In this document: positions 39,088-52,002 of the stretch, piece by piece
Numbering within the stretch: position 1 is the first letter of the stretch
Layout: each line of letters opens with the position of its first letter
Notes under the pieces: model-generated
The model's input: only the letters and a program-made list of their open reading frames with translations
Told to the model about the DNA's origin: nothing
Databases searched by the model: none
Made by a program: the position numbers and the translations under genes
NCBI GenBank assembly: GCA_049860595.1
Contig: CP187551.1
DNA from: Methanocaldococcus sp. 16A
Lineage (GTDB): Archaea > AGJL01 > Methanococci > Methanococcales > Methanocaldococcaceae
Strand: one strand, 5' to 3'
Length of the DNA: 64,000 bases

Positions 39088-40227
39088 ATGAAAAAGATAT
39101 ATGCAGTGATGGCTTTATTAATTTCATCCATAGTTCTATTTGCTGGATGTGTCCAAAACCAGCAAACATCAGAAGTTCCTACATTGACAGTAGCTTATTT
39201 ACCATCAGACCACCATGCAGCGTTATTTGTAGCCTGTGACAACCCAGATTTGTTTAAAAACAATTATGGTATTTATTTAAAAGCAGTTAAAGATAAAGAA
39301 GAGTATGAATTATACAAAGGAGATAATAAAATTGCTAATGTAAAAATAGTTAAAGTTACTGAGGGAGGAGCAAGTATAATGAACCTAATGACTCAGGGAC
39401 AGGTTGATGTTGCTTTAGTAGGAAACCCACCAGTAATTTTCTACATTGATAAAGGAACAAATGCTAAGATTATAATGAACTTACATACAGAAGGTTCAGC
39501 AGTAGTTGTTAGAAAAGACATTCCAGTAAATAACTGGGAGGACTTTGTAAATTGGATAAAAGAGCAACATAAAAAAGGATATCAAGTAAAAATAGGGCAT
39601 CCACTTCCTACATCAATCCAATATGTTATGATTAAAGATGCTTTAAAAGCTGAAGGAATTACTTACACTGAAGACCCTAATAATAAAAGTGCAATGGTTT
39701 TATTAATGAACTGTAAAGGACAAAAAACAATGCCTCAAATGTTAGCTCAAAAGCAGTTGGATGCAGTTATAGCATGGGAACCTACACCAGAGATTATAAA
39801 AAGCAAAGGCATTGGAAAAGTTATTGCTTATAGTGAAGATTTACCAAGTACTTCAGGTGGAAAATGGACAGACCATCCATGCTGTTGCTTAGCTGCATCA
39901 GAAGATGCTTTAAATAATAAAAGAGAAGCAGTAATTACATTTGCAAAACTTCTTAAATATTCAACAGATGAAATTAACAAAGATAAAGATTTAGCTGTTA
40001 AAGCATCAGTTAGATGGCTTGGAACAGATGAAGCTGTTGAAAAGGATTCAATTGCACATATAAAGTTTGATTATAGATTAGAGCCAATAATCCCACAAGT
40101 AATAAAATTCGTTGAAGCTATGAAACTTCAAGGATTAATAAGTGGTAAGTTGAAAGATGTTTCATCAGAAGATGCTAAGAACTTGATATTTGACTTACAA
40201 ACATATAATGAAATAATAAGAAATTAA
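39088..40227 (+). CDS. ABC transporter substrate-binding lipoprotein (SsuA/TauA/NMT1-like)
   Basis: Lipobox FAGC; [15 protein letters not shown] and HPCC motifs. Confidence 0.8.
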   Translation: MKKIYAVMALLISSIVLFAGCVQNQQTSEVPTLTVAYLPSDHHAALFVACDNPDLFKNNYGIYLKAVKDKEEYELYKGDNKIANVKIVKVTEGGASIMNLMTQGQVDVALVGNPPVIFYIDKGTNAKIIMNLHTEGSAVVVRKDIPVNNWEDFVNWIKEQHKKGYQVKIGHPLPTSIQYVMIKDALKAEGITYTEDPNNKSAMVLLMNCKGQKTMPQMLAQKQLDAVIAWEPTPEIIKSKGIGKVIAYSEDLPSTSGGKWTDHPCCCLAASEDALNNKREAVITFAKLLKYSTDEINKDKDLAVKASVRWLGTDEAVEKDSIAHIKFDYRLEPIIPQVIKFVEAMKLQGLISGKLKDVSSEDAKNLIFDLQTYNEIIRN

Positions 40228-40506
40228 ACTTGATAATGTTCTATTTTAACTCTTTTTGATTAATTTTTAAAAAAATTTTAATTTTATTTAATTAGTTACC
40301 CTGTTTTTGTATGAATGTTGTTATAATAAAAACTAAACTATATTCAACAACTACAAACTATAAATATTTTCATAGAAATTTATAAATATATCTATTTATG
40401 TTATAAAAATAATAGTTTTGATTTTTTTATTTTTTAATGTAATGTAGTATTTTTCCATAGATTATTATAACAAAATTATTAAATATTTATGTATGGTGGT
40501 GTTATT

Positions 40507-41601
40507 ATGCAAGTAGGTATTATTGGAGCGGGATTGGCAGGGTCTGTATTGTATAGATTACTTTCAGAACATGGTTTTTATATAAATATATATGACCATC
40601 TATTAGTTAGGGGATGTAAAAGTACGAATTTTATATTTTCTAACAAAAATGAAATTTTAGCAATAAAAAAAGTATTTAAAATTGTAAATTTAGATATTAG
40701 GGATTATATTATTAATGAGATAGATGAGATAAATATTGAAGGAGACAACTATCATCCTAACAAAAAAATATATGTTATAAATAAATCTAAATTAATAGAA
40801 GATTTAGTGCCAAGAACAATTGTTATACACAGGGAATTTAATCCCGCTATTAGAAGATATAGGACAAAAGTTAGTGATACAGGAAATATAGAAAGAGAAT
40901 TCAATACTGAAGCTGAAACTAAATTTTATGATTTAATTGTTGATGCTTCCGGTAATACCAAAGTATTTCAATTAGGTAATATCCATACCAAATATAAGAA
41001 TGATATTAGAACATGCCAATTTCTAATAGCTTATGAAAATAATTCAAAAAAATTTGATAAATTTTTTATCGATGAAATAAAAATACATAAAGGAAAGCCA
41101 CTTATTGGTTATACTTGGATAACTCCTATAGGTAATGGATTATACCATGTAGGATGCTCTTACTACAAAAATGACCATAAATTATGGGAATTATTAAAAA
41201 GATATGTTAAAAAAATGTTTGGTAATGGATATACTAAGGTTTGTGGATGTTCTTCAAGAATAAACGGAAATTTAATCTCTGAAAGCTTTATAGGAGGAGT
41301 GTATGAGAGAAGATGTGTAGCAAGTATTGGAGAAAGTATGGGATTAACAACACCTTTAGGACATGGAAATGTTTATGCTATAATTTCTGCCTATATTTTG
41401 TCAAAGTTTATAAGCAAATATGAATTAGATGAAGCTGTGTTGAAGTACAAATATTATATGTTAAAAAAATTTGAAAAATTGGATAATGATAAAAAAGCTT
41501 TAAAAAGTTTTAATTTAGTAAGGATTACAAGAGTACTTAAAGAATATTATAATATACCAATTCATGAATCCATGAAGATTATACTCAAATCCCTATATTA
41601 A
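40507..41601 (+). CDS. FAD-dependent oxidoreductase, geranylgeranyl-reductase-like
   Basis: GAGLAG, VDASG, GYTWI.P and IGE..G...PL.GHG motifs. Confidence 0.7.
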   Translation: MQVGIIGAGLAGSVLYRLLSEHGFYINIYDHLLVRGCKSTNFIFSNKNEILAIKKVFKIVNLDIRDYIINEIDEINIEGDNYHPNKKIYVINKSKLIEDLVPRTIVIHREFNPAIRRYRTKVSDTGNIEREFNTEAETKFYDLIVDASGNTKVFQLGNIHTKYKNDIRTCQFLIAYENNSKKFDKFFIDEIKIHKGKPLIGYTWITPIGNGLYHVGCSYYKNDHKLWELLKRYVKKMFGNGYTKVCGCSSRINGNLISESFIGGVYERRCVASIGESMGLTTPLGHGNVYAIISAYILSKFISKYELDEAVLKYKYYMLKKFEKLDNDKKALKSFNLVRITRVLKEYYNIPIHESMKIILKSLY

Positions 41602-42089
41602 TGGTGATATTCTTGACATTGTTAAAATTGTTAAAAGAAGAAAATGGACTTACTCCAATGTTAAGAGAATTTAAAAATTTTATAGAGAATAACAATATAG
41701 AAAGTGTTGCATTTGTAGGCTCTATTGGAGTTTGTCAGCCTTTTGCAGAATTGTTTGGATATGCAATAAGAAATAAAGAGAGTTATTTCATTCCAAATGG
41801 GGATTTAAACAATGTTAAAAAACTTGTTATTAAAGATGTAGGTATGCAAATGGAAAACTTTGAAAGCTTAGATAAAGTAGATGCAGTTGTTTTATTTGGA
41901 GGTTTAGCAATGCCAAAGTATAATGTAGAGATAGATAAAATTAAAGAATTAATAAAAAGACTTTCTCCTAAAAAAGTTATTGGTATATGTTTTATGAGTA
42001 TCTTTAAAAAGGCAGGATGGGATAAAGAAATAAATTTTGACTACTTAATTGATGGACATATAAAAATCTCCATATATGGTAAGGAATAA
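41601..42089 (+). CDS. DUF2124 methanogen protein
   Basis: G..GVCQPFAELF, GGLAMP and G.CFMS.F...GW motifs. Confidence 0.8.
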   Translation: MVIFLTLLKLLKEENGLTPMLREFKNFIENNNIESVAFVGSIGVCQPFAELFGYAIRNKESYFIPNGDLNNVKKLVIKDVGMQMENFESLDKVDAVVLFGGLAMPKYNVEIDKIKELIKRLSPKKVIGICFMSIFKKAGWDKEINFDYLIDGHIKISIYGKE

Positions 42090-42095
42090 AAATAA

Positions 42096-42584
<489 letters not shown>

Positions 42585-42588
42585 AATT

Positions 42589-42670
42589 AATAGGACTTTC
42601 GCAGAACTAAATTTTTATAAGACGTCTAAATACATAATTAAATATAAAGAGAAAGTGCGAAAGTCCTATT
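42589..42670. repeat. Palindromic MITE-like intergenic element (complete copy)
   Basis: Perfect 15-bp TIR AATAGGACTTTCGCA / TGCGAAAGTCCTATT between convergent ribC and gor. Confidence 0.85.
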
Positions 42671-44538
42671 TAATTGATTCTCCAATCAATATCTAAGAGT
42701 TCAGAATATCTGTCTAAAACTCTTTTTATATAGTTATCTACATTTTCTCTATTTTCAAATTTTTTAGTCCATTCTTCATTGCCAAACTCTTTTGCTAATG
42801 CTATAATTAAATCTCTAACTCTTTCACTTTCAATTTTTGCAGGATATCCAATCTTTTTGTTGTAGTTGCAGATTTCTTTATAGAGCTTTATTGAATCTTC
42901 TACAATATTTTCTATACCTAAAAGTTCTTTAGCTAAATCATTTAATACTGGTTTAAGCCATTTTCTATGGAATCTGCAAACTCCAAGGTTTTCTATTGGT
43001 AGTTCTAATTTTATATTTTCTACAACTAATTCAGCTAATTTTTCTGGTTCATTAAACTCTGGTTTGTAATAGGTTAGATATCTTCCTTGAATAACAAATG
43101 GTATAAAGAATCCAGGAGTCCAGTATAAATTTGATGCAATTTCTCCCCAATCGCCAAATGGAACATAAACAGCAAAATCATTAAACTTTTTACCAAATTC
43201 TTTAACTCTACTTTTAAATCTCTCATTTAATATCTTAGATGCTTTTCTCTTTCCTAATGATAGGATTTTGTAGATTTCATTTGAGTTCTCTGCTAAATTA
43301 TATAATAACTTTATTGCTTGCTCGGCATTGTGCTTAGAAATCTCTTTAATCTCTTCATCACTTCCATCTATAATCTTTTTATGGTCAAATATCGGCTTTT
43401 TTATATTTAGCTCATCTTCTTTCAACAAACCAACATCTAAGAGTTCAAAAACCCATGCAATTAAATTTCCAATTTCTATTGAATCAAATCCTAATGCATC
43501 AACTGTTTTAACAACTCTATCCGCTTCATATAAATCAAAAATTCCTAATAAAGTTCCATTAGCTGCATAAGGCTCATAATCAATTTTGTTTTTATTTCTA
43601 TACTTTTTACATACAACAGGACATGGCTCCCCACAGTTAGTCCAATTCTTTGTTTCTATAGTTTCTTTATTGAATGTTTCAAGATAAAGTTTTAATATTT
43701 TATCTAAAATTTTTTTTCTATCCTCTTTATCTATATAGGGCATTCTCCAATTAAATATCGGAACTTTCTCTTTATACAAAAGCCAGTTGTTCCCAAAAGT
43801 CCCTCCAGTCTTTGTTTCTTCATCATACCTATATTTTTTTGTGTGCTCTAAAACAACTTTACTCATAGGTTTTTTATAATAATCTTCAATAATTTTTTTA
43901 GCCTTTTCTTTTTCCTCTTTATTTTCTTTTTCATCTCCAAAGAAAACAATTCCCACTATGTTATGGGCTCTATAAAGTACAGAACCTCCTCCCCCTCTTG
44001 CTGCCCAATCTTCTGAGCCCTCAACAAATCTACCATTTCTAACTGTTTGAGAAAATAAAGCCCCCATATTTGTTCTTTTGGAAGCTTCACCCACAACAAC
44101 ACTTCTCATATTTTTGTCTTTGTAGAGCTCGAGGATATATTTGCTAACCTCATAAACTGTTTTTAAATCTTCTTTAACCTCAATAAAATCAATTTTTAAC
44201 TGACCTTCGTTTTCTATAACCAATATTGATGGCTTCTCACACCTTCCAACAATTGCTACATTATTTAATCCTGTGCTTTTGAACTGATATCCTGCTCCTC
44301 CCATTGATGAAAAATAGAAACCATCCCAAAGTGGAGACCTAAAGGAAAATATTAATCTATGCCCTCCTATAATTGGCAAAACTCCACTACCAAAACAAAA
44401 GACATTTCTTTCATCATAAACATCATACTTCCATGTCTCAAATTTATTATGCCAATATAGTCCCCAAGTTATTGGTAATATATTTTTTTCAATGATTTCA
44501 AAATTTTTTGTTGTTGCATTTATTAAAGCATTTTTCAT
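42670..44538 (-). CDS. gor: Glyceraldehyde-3-phosphate:ferredoxin oxidoreductase (AOR family, W/Mo-pterin)
   Basis: SMGGAG, AARGGGG, CGEPCPVVC, DYEPY and GFDSIE motifs. Confidence 0.9.
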   Translation of the reverse strand: MKNALINATTKNFEIIEKNILPITWGLYWHNKFETWKYDVYDERNVFCFGSGVLPIIGGHRLIFSFRSPLWDGFYFSSMGGAGYQFKSTGLNNVAIVGRCEKPSILVIENEGQLKIDFIEVKEDLKTVYEVSKYILELYKDKNMRSVVVGEASKRTNMGALFSQTVRNGRFVEGSEDWAARGGGGSVLYRAHNIVGIVFFGDEKENKEEKEKAKKIIEDYYKKPMSKVVLEHTKKYRYDEETKTGGTFGNNWLLYKEKVPIFNWRMPYIDKEDRKKILDKILKLYLETFNKETIETKNWTNCGEPCPVVCKKYRNKNKIDYEPYAANGTLLGIFDLYEADRVVKTVDALGFDSIEIGNLIAWVFELLDVGLLKEDELNIKKPIFDHKKIIDGSDEEIKEISKHNAEQAIKLLYNLAENSNEIYKILSLGKRKASKILNERFKSRVKEFGKKFNDFAVYVPFGDWGEIASNLYWTPGFFIPFVIQGRYLTYYKPEFNEPEKLAELVVENIKLELPIENLGVCRFHRKWLKPVLNDLAKELLGIENIVEDSIKLYKEICNYNKKIGYPAKIESERVRDLIIALAKEFGNEEWTKKFENRENVDNYIKRVLDRYSELLDIDWRIN

Positions 44539-44684
44539 AGTCTCAAACCTTTAATTTTTATTGTCTAATTTTTATTTTTGAATTTTTAATGTTTTATAAG
44601 TTTTGTTAATTAAAAGTGATGAACATAATATTTAAATATGAAATCAAAATACTTTTACTTTTGGAAGCCTATTAAAAAAGGTGA

Positions 44685-46558
<1,874 letters not shown>

Positions 46559-46660
46559 AAACTTCACCAATATCTATGTTTATTAAATTTTCTTATTTAT
46601 TATTTCAGTATTTGGAATCTTTACCAAAAGATTTGGACTAAAGGATAGAGAATCCCAATA

Positions 46661-47566
46661 TCAACTTTTTATCTGTCGCGTGGCTCCTATTTTAATCCCT
46701 GCCTTTGATGCTTTAGCAATGAGGTAATTGATAAAAGCAGAACACGAGACTAACATAAATTTTGCATCTTCAAAACTAAGATTAGGTTCATCAAGTAAAG
46801 CATGACGTATGCCATCAGCATCACTTGTATATCCATATAAATTACTGAATGCTTTTTTTAAAGCAGGATGTAAGCCAATTTTGTCTTCTATTTTTTTTAA
46901 GGCTTGACCTAATGTCGCTTTTTCATCTCCCGTTATTAGCTTACAAATAGCCTCTACCGCACTTATAGACTCTTTAATCGAATTCCTATAATCTGGAGAT
47001 TTTCTGTCCGCTAATAATTCTAAAGCTCTTTTTAAATGAATATTAACAGCTTTCAAATCATTTGTTTTTTCTAAAGCCCCTTCTATCTCTGAAATTTCGT
47101 ATTCTGAAGTTATCGGTGTAATTTTACCTCCAACAAAACGATATGCTGATAATTCTTGTTCTAAAACAGAATTGCAATATATCATAAATTGTAAATTAAC
47201 TTTTTCATCAGGATAATTGTTAGCGACAAATTCTATAAAATCATAAACCTCATACCATTCACAACTAAAAAAATAATTTTTTATTATATCTATCATAGTT
47301 GTAGTATCAGGCAAAGTATCAATCGGTTCCTTAAAATATGAGTCCCATAATCTTTTAAAGAAGTTTTCCATAGGTATTTCCATATGTATTTTGGATAAAA
47401 TATCAATATTTCTATTTATAGAAATAAACGAACCTTTTGTCTCTTTTATTTTATCCCAATAGTAAATCTTCAAAGCATTCCATAGCCTATTTCTTAATCC
47501 ATCGTCTATAGAATTAATTTGTATATTTTTAATGTTAAATCCCATTCTTTGAGAAAATAACTTCAT
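46661..47566 (-). CDS. AbiJ-NTD4 plus HEPN-like domain protein (putative abortive-infection/defence)
   Basis: N-terminal FSQRMG..IQINSIDDGLRNRLWN and WYEVYDFIE; C-terminal NSIKESISAVEA..LGQAL..LYGYTSD.DGIRH. Confidence 0.75.
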   Translation of the reverse strand: MKLFSQRMGFNIKNIQINSIDDGLRNRLWNALKIYYWDKIKETKGSFISINRNIDILSKIHMEIPMENFFKRLWDSYFKEPIDTLPDTTTMIDIIKNYFFSCEWYEVYDFIEFVANNYPDEKVNLQFMIYCNSVLEQELSAYRFVGGKITPITSEYEISEIEGALEKTNDLKAVNIHLKRALELLADRKSPDYRNSIKESISAVEAICKLITGDEKATLGQALKKIEDKIGLHPALKKAFSNLYGYTSDADGIRHALLDEPNLSFEDAKFMLVSCSAFINYLIAKASKAGIKIGATRQIKS

Positions 47567-47676
47567 AACACCACCATAATAATGTAATTTTGAACATCAT
47601 CTATTAAAACTGTGCGTATCTTATGCATATTTGTAGATATTGAACTATATAATATTTTATAGTTTATGGTGAAACA

Positions 47677-48582
47677 ATGGATAAGATGAAAGATAAGGTA
47701 TTTGGATGTGTTTTTGGGGCAGTTATTGGTGATGCTTTAGGAATGCCTACAGAGGGCTTAAAAAAAGATGAAATAAAAAATATTTATGGATTTGTTGATG
47801 ATTATGTTGAGCCAAAAAATTATTTGGCAGGAAAAGTTAAAAAAGGAGAATGGACTGATGATACAGAACAAGCAATTTTTATTATAAAATCTTTAGATAA
47901 AAACGGCATAGATATAGAAAAATTTGCATCTTATTTAATAAAATGGGGAGAAAAAAAGCCCCCACATATTGGCTTAACATCATTAAAAGCTATTGAAAAA
48001 TTGAAAAATCATGATTTTTCTGGAGTAGATAGTCCAACATGTGGGGCTGCTATGCGAATATATCCAATAGCTATTTTATTTTATGACAATATAAATAAAT
48101 TAAAAGATGAAGTTATAAAATCTTCAAAAATAACCCACAACCATCCTGAAGCTATTGCTGGAGCTTTAGCAATTGCATTTTTTGTAAGTAATGCTTTAAA
48201 AGAAAGAAAAGATTTTAGATTATTGGATGAATGCTATAATTATATAAAAGAGGTAGATGAGAATTTTGCTAACCTTATACTGAAAATCAAAGAATTTGAT
48301 GATATAGATTCTGCTTATGATTATTTTGGGACTGGAGTTTTAGCTAAAGAAGTAGTTCCTTCAGCTATAGCAACCTATCTACTGACAGATAATTTTAAAG
48401 ATGGGATGATTAAGTGCATAAATGCTGGAGGAGATACTGATAGCTTAGCATCTATGTATGGGGCTATGGCTGGAGCTTATTTTGGATTTAAAAAAATTCC
48501 AAAAAATTGGATTGATGGTCTAAAAAATAAAGATTATGTTTTTAATTTGGCTGAGTATTTATATAAACTTAAATTTGGTTAA
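47677..48582 (+). CDS. ADP-ribosylglycohydrolase (DraG/ARH family)
   Basis: GDALG, WTDDT, GAAMR, THNH and GGDTDS motifs. Confidence 0.92.
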   Translation: MDKMKDKVFGCVFGAVIGDALGMPTEGLKKDEIKNIYGFVDDYVEPKNYLAGKVKKGEWTDDTEQAIFIIKSLDKNGIDIEKFASYLIKWGEKKPPHIGLTSLKAIEKLKNHDFSGVDSPTCGAAMRIYPIAILFYDNINKLKDEVIKSSKITHNHPEAIAGALAIAFFVSNALKERKDFRLLDECYNYIKEVDENFANLILKIKEFDDIDSAYDYFGTGVLAKEVVPSAIATYLLTDNFKDGMIKCINAGGDTDSLASMYGAMAGAYFGFKKIPKNWIDGLKNKDYVFNLAEYLYKLKFG

Positions 48583-48591
48583 GATTTATTT

Positions 48592-49443
48592 TTATTCTAA
48601 TTTGCTCTCCTCGATTTTGTCTTTGTAATATAAGGCGATAGCTCTTTTTGAAAAAACTGATAGGAAAAACCCAACAAATCCAGAAACTGTTGCTGAAATT
48701 AATTGAATAATAGCTGACGTTGGCGAAATTGTATTTGCATAGTATGAATATGCATGAGGGGAAAACAATACATCCATTAATATAAATGGAGCAGATATTA
48801 CGCTCTCAATTATTAATATTATAATTCCAATAACAATAACTAATACAATATACTTTAATGACATCATTTTAATTATTTTTTTAAACTCAAAAAATCCTAA
48901 AAATCCATTAATGGAAAAATTAACTTCTGCTAGTGGAAGATAAAACGCTAATAATATAATAGATATAACAAATATTACAAATGATATCATTAAAGAAACT
49001 AATCCTATGATTCCATCTTGTGTAATTAGTAATACACTAATACCGAATAATATAATTGGAATTATTAAAAATACAAATGCTAAAATTAAAATCCCAATAA
49101 AGTATAAAAACCCTCTCATAAGTAAATCAACGAGATTGTCCCATTCAGGTAAATTATCAAAACCTTCAACCGTAGTTTTCATAATCCTTACATAATAACC
49201 ATCGATTACAAATTCAATTACTAGACTAATTAAAAATCCAACGGCTATTGCTATTAACATCCCTGTTAATATTTTAACAATATTATATGGATTTGAATCA
49301 ACTCCTGTAGTAAATATGAGTATTGATAGTAAAACACTAAAAACTCCAGAAATTGCTAACAATAAACCCCCAATTATTCCTTTTTTAATATCTGAAAATG
49401 CATATTTAAAGGCTTCAGTAATATAATCTTCGAATTTTCTCAT
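48592..49443 (-). CDS. DUF4013-like membrane protein
   Basis: EAFKY, GYYVRI and LPEW motifs; multi-TM; ATG 49443 preceded by GGGGGAGGG. Confidence 0.78.
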   Translation of the reverse strand: MRKFEDYITEAFKYAFSDIKKGIIGGLLLAISGVFSVLLSILIFTTGVDSNPYNIVKILTGMLIAIAVGFLISLVIEFVIDGYYVRIMKTTVEGFDNLPEWDNLVDLLMRGFLYFIGILILAFVFLIIPIILFGISVLLITQDGIIGLVSLMISFVIFVISIILLAFYLPLAEVNFSINGFLGFFEFKKIIKMMSLKYIVLVIVIGIIILIIESVISAPFILMDVLFSPHAYSYYANTISPTSAIIQLISATVSGFVGFFLSVFSKRAIALYYKDKIEESKLE

Positions 49444-49557
49444 ATTTTCCCTCCCCCTTAGATTTAATTTTAATATTTTGAGTTGTGCTTTTTTAAATAT
49501 ATAATTTCTCATAAAAATTATTTTAAATATTTAAATAAATGAATAAAAACAGCGAAT

Positions 49558-49679
49558 AAAAAATATATGTGGGGGAGGGGTATTAAACTGTAAATTTTGA
49601 TAATCCAACCGGAGCCGGCTCCTACGGCGCGGGTTATCAGCAGTGAGGTGGGGGGGCTCACCACTGTCCCACCCGCGCC
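49558..49679 (-). ncRNA. Putative GC-rich structured small RNA or leader (~120 nt)
   Basis: 9-bp stem GGCGCGGGU/ACCCGCGCC, inner CAGUG/CACUG, GGAGCCGGCUCC palindrome; BRE-TATA at -38..-24; U6 run at the 3' end. Confidence 0.7.
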
Positions 49680-49702
49680 AACTTGTTATAATATACTTTA
49701 CC

Positions 49703-49717
49703 TATATAAACTTTTCG
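49703..49717 (-). promoter_or_regulatory. Archaeal BRE-TATA promoter of the GC-rich RNA
   Basis: Minus strand CGAAAAG-TTTATATA, ending 24 nt before the first G of the stem (49679). Confidence 0.7.
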
Positions 49718-49869
49718 ATACAGAAAAGTTTAATTAAACTAAAATTTTTTTAATTTGAATTGAATTATTAGATTACCTAATAGCTTCCATTAGTTAGTTT
49801 AAGAATATATATTTTTATAGGTAACTTCCTAATTAATTGATTGTGATTTCTATTCTTGGAGGTGAATCT

Positions 49870-51843
49870 ATGTCCCCAAGAATTGGGGTATTTGTCTGTT
49901 ACTGTGGAGCAAACATTAATGGTGTTGTAGATTGTGAAGCAGTAAGAGATTTTGCTGAAAAATTAGATGGAGTCGTTGTGGCTAAGACCTATCCTTTTAT
50001 GTGTGCTGACCCAGGGCAAAACTTGATTAAAGAGGCAATAAAAGAATACAACCTCGACAGAGTCGTTGTTGCTGCATGCACACCAAAAATTCACGAACCT
50101 ACTTTTAGAAACTGTATAAAAGAAGCAGGATTATCTCCATATTATTTGGAGTTTATTAACATTAGAGAACACTGTTCGTTCGTTCACATGAATGAAAGAG
50201 AAAAGGCTACTAAAAAAGCAATGGAGTTAGTTGCTGGTGGAGTTGAGAGAGCTAAGAGATTGGAAGATGTTCCACAAAAAATTGTAGATGTTGATAAATC
50301 CTGTTTAATTATTGGAGGAGGTATTGCTGGAATTCAGGCGGCTCTTGACTTAGGAGACCAAGGTTATAAGGTATATTTAGTAGAAAAAGAGCCATCAATT
50401 GGAGGAAGGATGGCTCAACTTGCTAAGACATTCCCAACTGATGACTGTGCGCTGTGAATTTTGGCCCCAAAGATGGTTAGCGTTGCAAACCACCCCAATG
50501 TTGAGCTCATAACCTACGCCGAAGTTAAAAATGTTGAAGGATACATTGGAAACTTTGAAGTTACAATTGAGAAGAAACCAAGATATGTTGATGAAAATGT
50601 CTGTACTGGATGTGGGGCTTGTGCAGCTGTTTGTCCAATTGAAGTACCAAACGAGTTTGATTTAGGTTTAGGTACAAGAAAAGCTATATATGTCCCATTC
50701 GCACAGGCAGTTCCATTAGTTTATACAATTGATATGGACCACTGTATAAGATGTGGTTTGTGTGAAAAAGCTTGTGGTCCTGGAGCTATAAGATACGACC
50801 AAAAACCTGAAGAAATCAAATTGAAGGTTGGAACAATTATCTGTGCAGTAGGTTATGATGAATTTGACTGCACACTAAAAGAAGAGTATGGTTATGGTGT
50901 CTATGACAACGTCATAACTACATTAGAATTAGAGAGAATGATTAACCCAGCAGGACCAACAGGAGGGCATGAAATAAGACCAAGTGACGGAAAGCATCCA
51001 CACAGAGTTGTATTTATCCAGTGTGTTGGTTCAAGAGATGCTAAAGTTGGAAAGCATTACTGTTCAAGAATCTGCTGTATGTTCGCATTAAAGAATGCCC
51101 AATTACTTAAGCAGCATGACCCAAGCACTGAAGTTTATATCTGCTACATGGATATTAGGGCATTTGGTAAAGGATATGAAGAGTATTACAGAAGAGCTCA
51201 AGAGCAGTTTGGAGTTAAGTTTATTAGAGGAAGACCAGCTTGTATAATGGAAGACCCAGAGACAAAGAACTTAATCGTTAGAGTAGAAGATACATTATTA
51301 GGAGAAATTGTAGAGATTGAGGCAGATTTAGTTGTATTGTCAGCTGGTTTATCTCCAAGACCTGACAATCCAAAATTAGCTAAGATGCTTGGTTTAGAAT
51401 TAAGTCCTGATGGGTTCTTCAAAGAACTGCATCCAAAGTTAGCTCCTGTTAATACAAAAGTTGATGGTATAGCAATTGCTGGAGTAGCTCAGGGACCTAA
51501 AGATATTCCAGATACAGTAGCTCAAGCTAAAGGGGCAGCGAGTGCTGTTTCAATACCAATGGCTCAGGGGCAGTTTAAGATAGAGATGATTAGAGCTGTT
51601 GTTGATGAAGAGGTCTGTGGAGGCTGTAAGGTCTGTGCTAAGATGTGTCCATATAACGCTATAACATATGTGGAAAAAGATGGACACTTAGTAGCTCAAG
51701 TCAATGACGTTGCATGTAAGGGATGCGGTTCATGTGCAGGAGCATGTCCAAGTGGAGCAATGCAGTTGAGATACTATAGAGATGAGCAAATAATTTCATT
51801 CATTGATGGAGTGTTAGAAGCTCACCAAAAGTTAGAAGGATAA
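49870..51843 (+). CDS. hdrA: Heterodisulfide reductase subunit A, selenoprotein (657 aa, Sec196)
   Basis: The two track ORFs join in frame across TGA 50455-50457 ([14 protein letters not shown]); GGAGGTGA RBS; 3' SECIS. Confidence 0.96.
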
Positions 51844-51968
51844 AAACTTTAAGATAATGCACAAGCCCCACATCCAAATATTGAAAAGTTCTTGGAAACA
51901 TTATCTAACATTTACTAATATATGGCGTAGGTTATGAGCTCAACATTGGAAAAAGATAAACCAGATGA

Positions 51969-52002
51969 GGCACCGCCCGAAGGCATTTGCCAGGGTGGTG
52001 CT
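51969..52002 (+). promoter_or_regulatory. Archaeal SECIS element (hdrA)
   Basis: GGCACCGCCC-GAA-GGC-AUUU-GCC-A-GGGUGGUGCU: GAA/A internal loop plus 3-bp GC apical stem. Confidence 0.92.

Noticed and set aside
47611-47629. Imperfect palindrome upstream of the AbiJ-like gene as an att site or operator
   Set aside because: Short, relies on G-U pairs, and has no matching copy on the other side of the gene
49611-49680. GC island as a tRNA, tRNA-Sec or SECIS
   Set aside because: No T-arm (GTTCRA), no cloverleaf and no GAA/A loop on either strand
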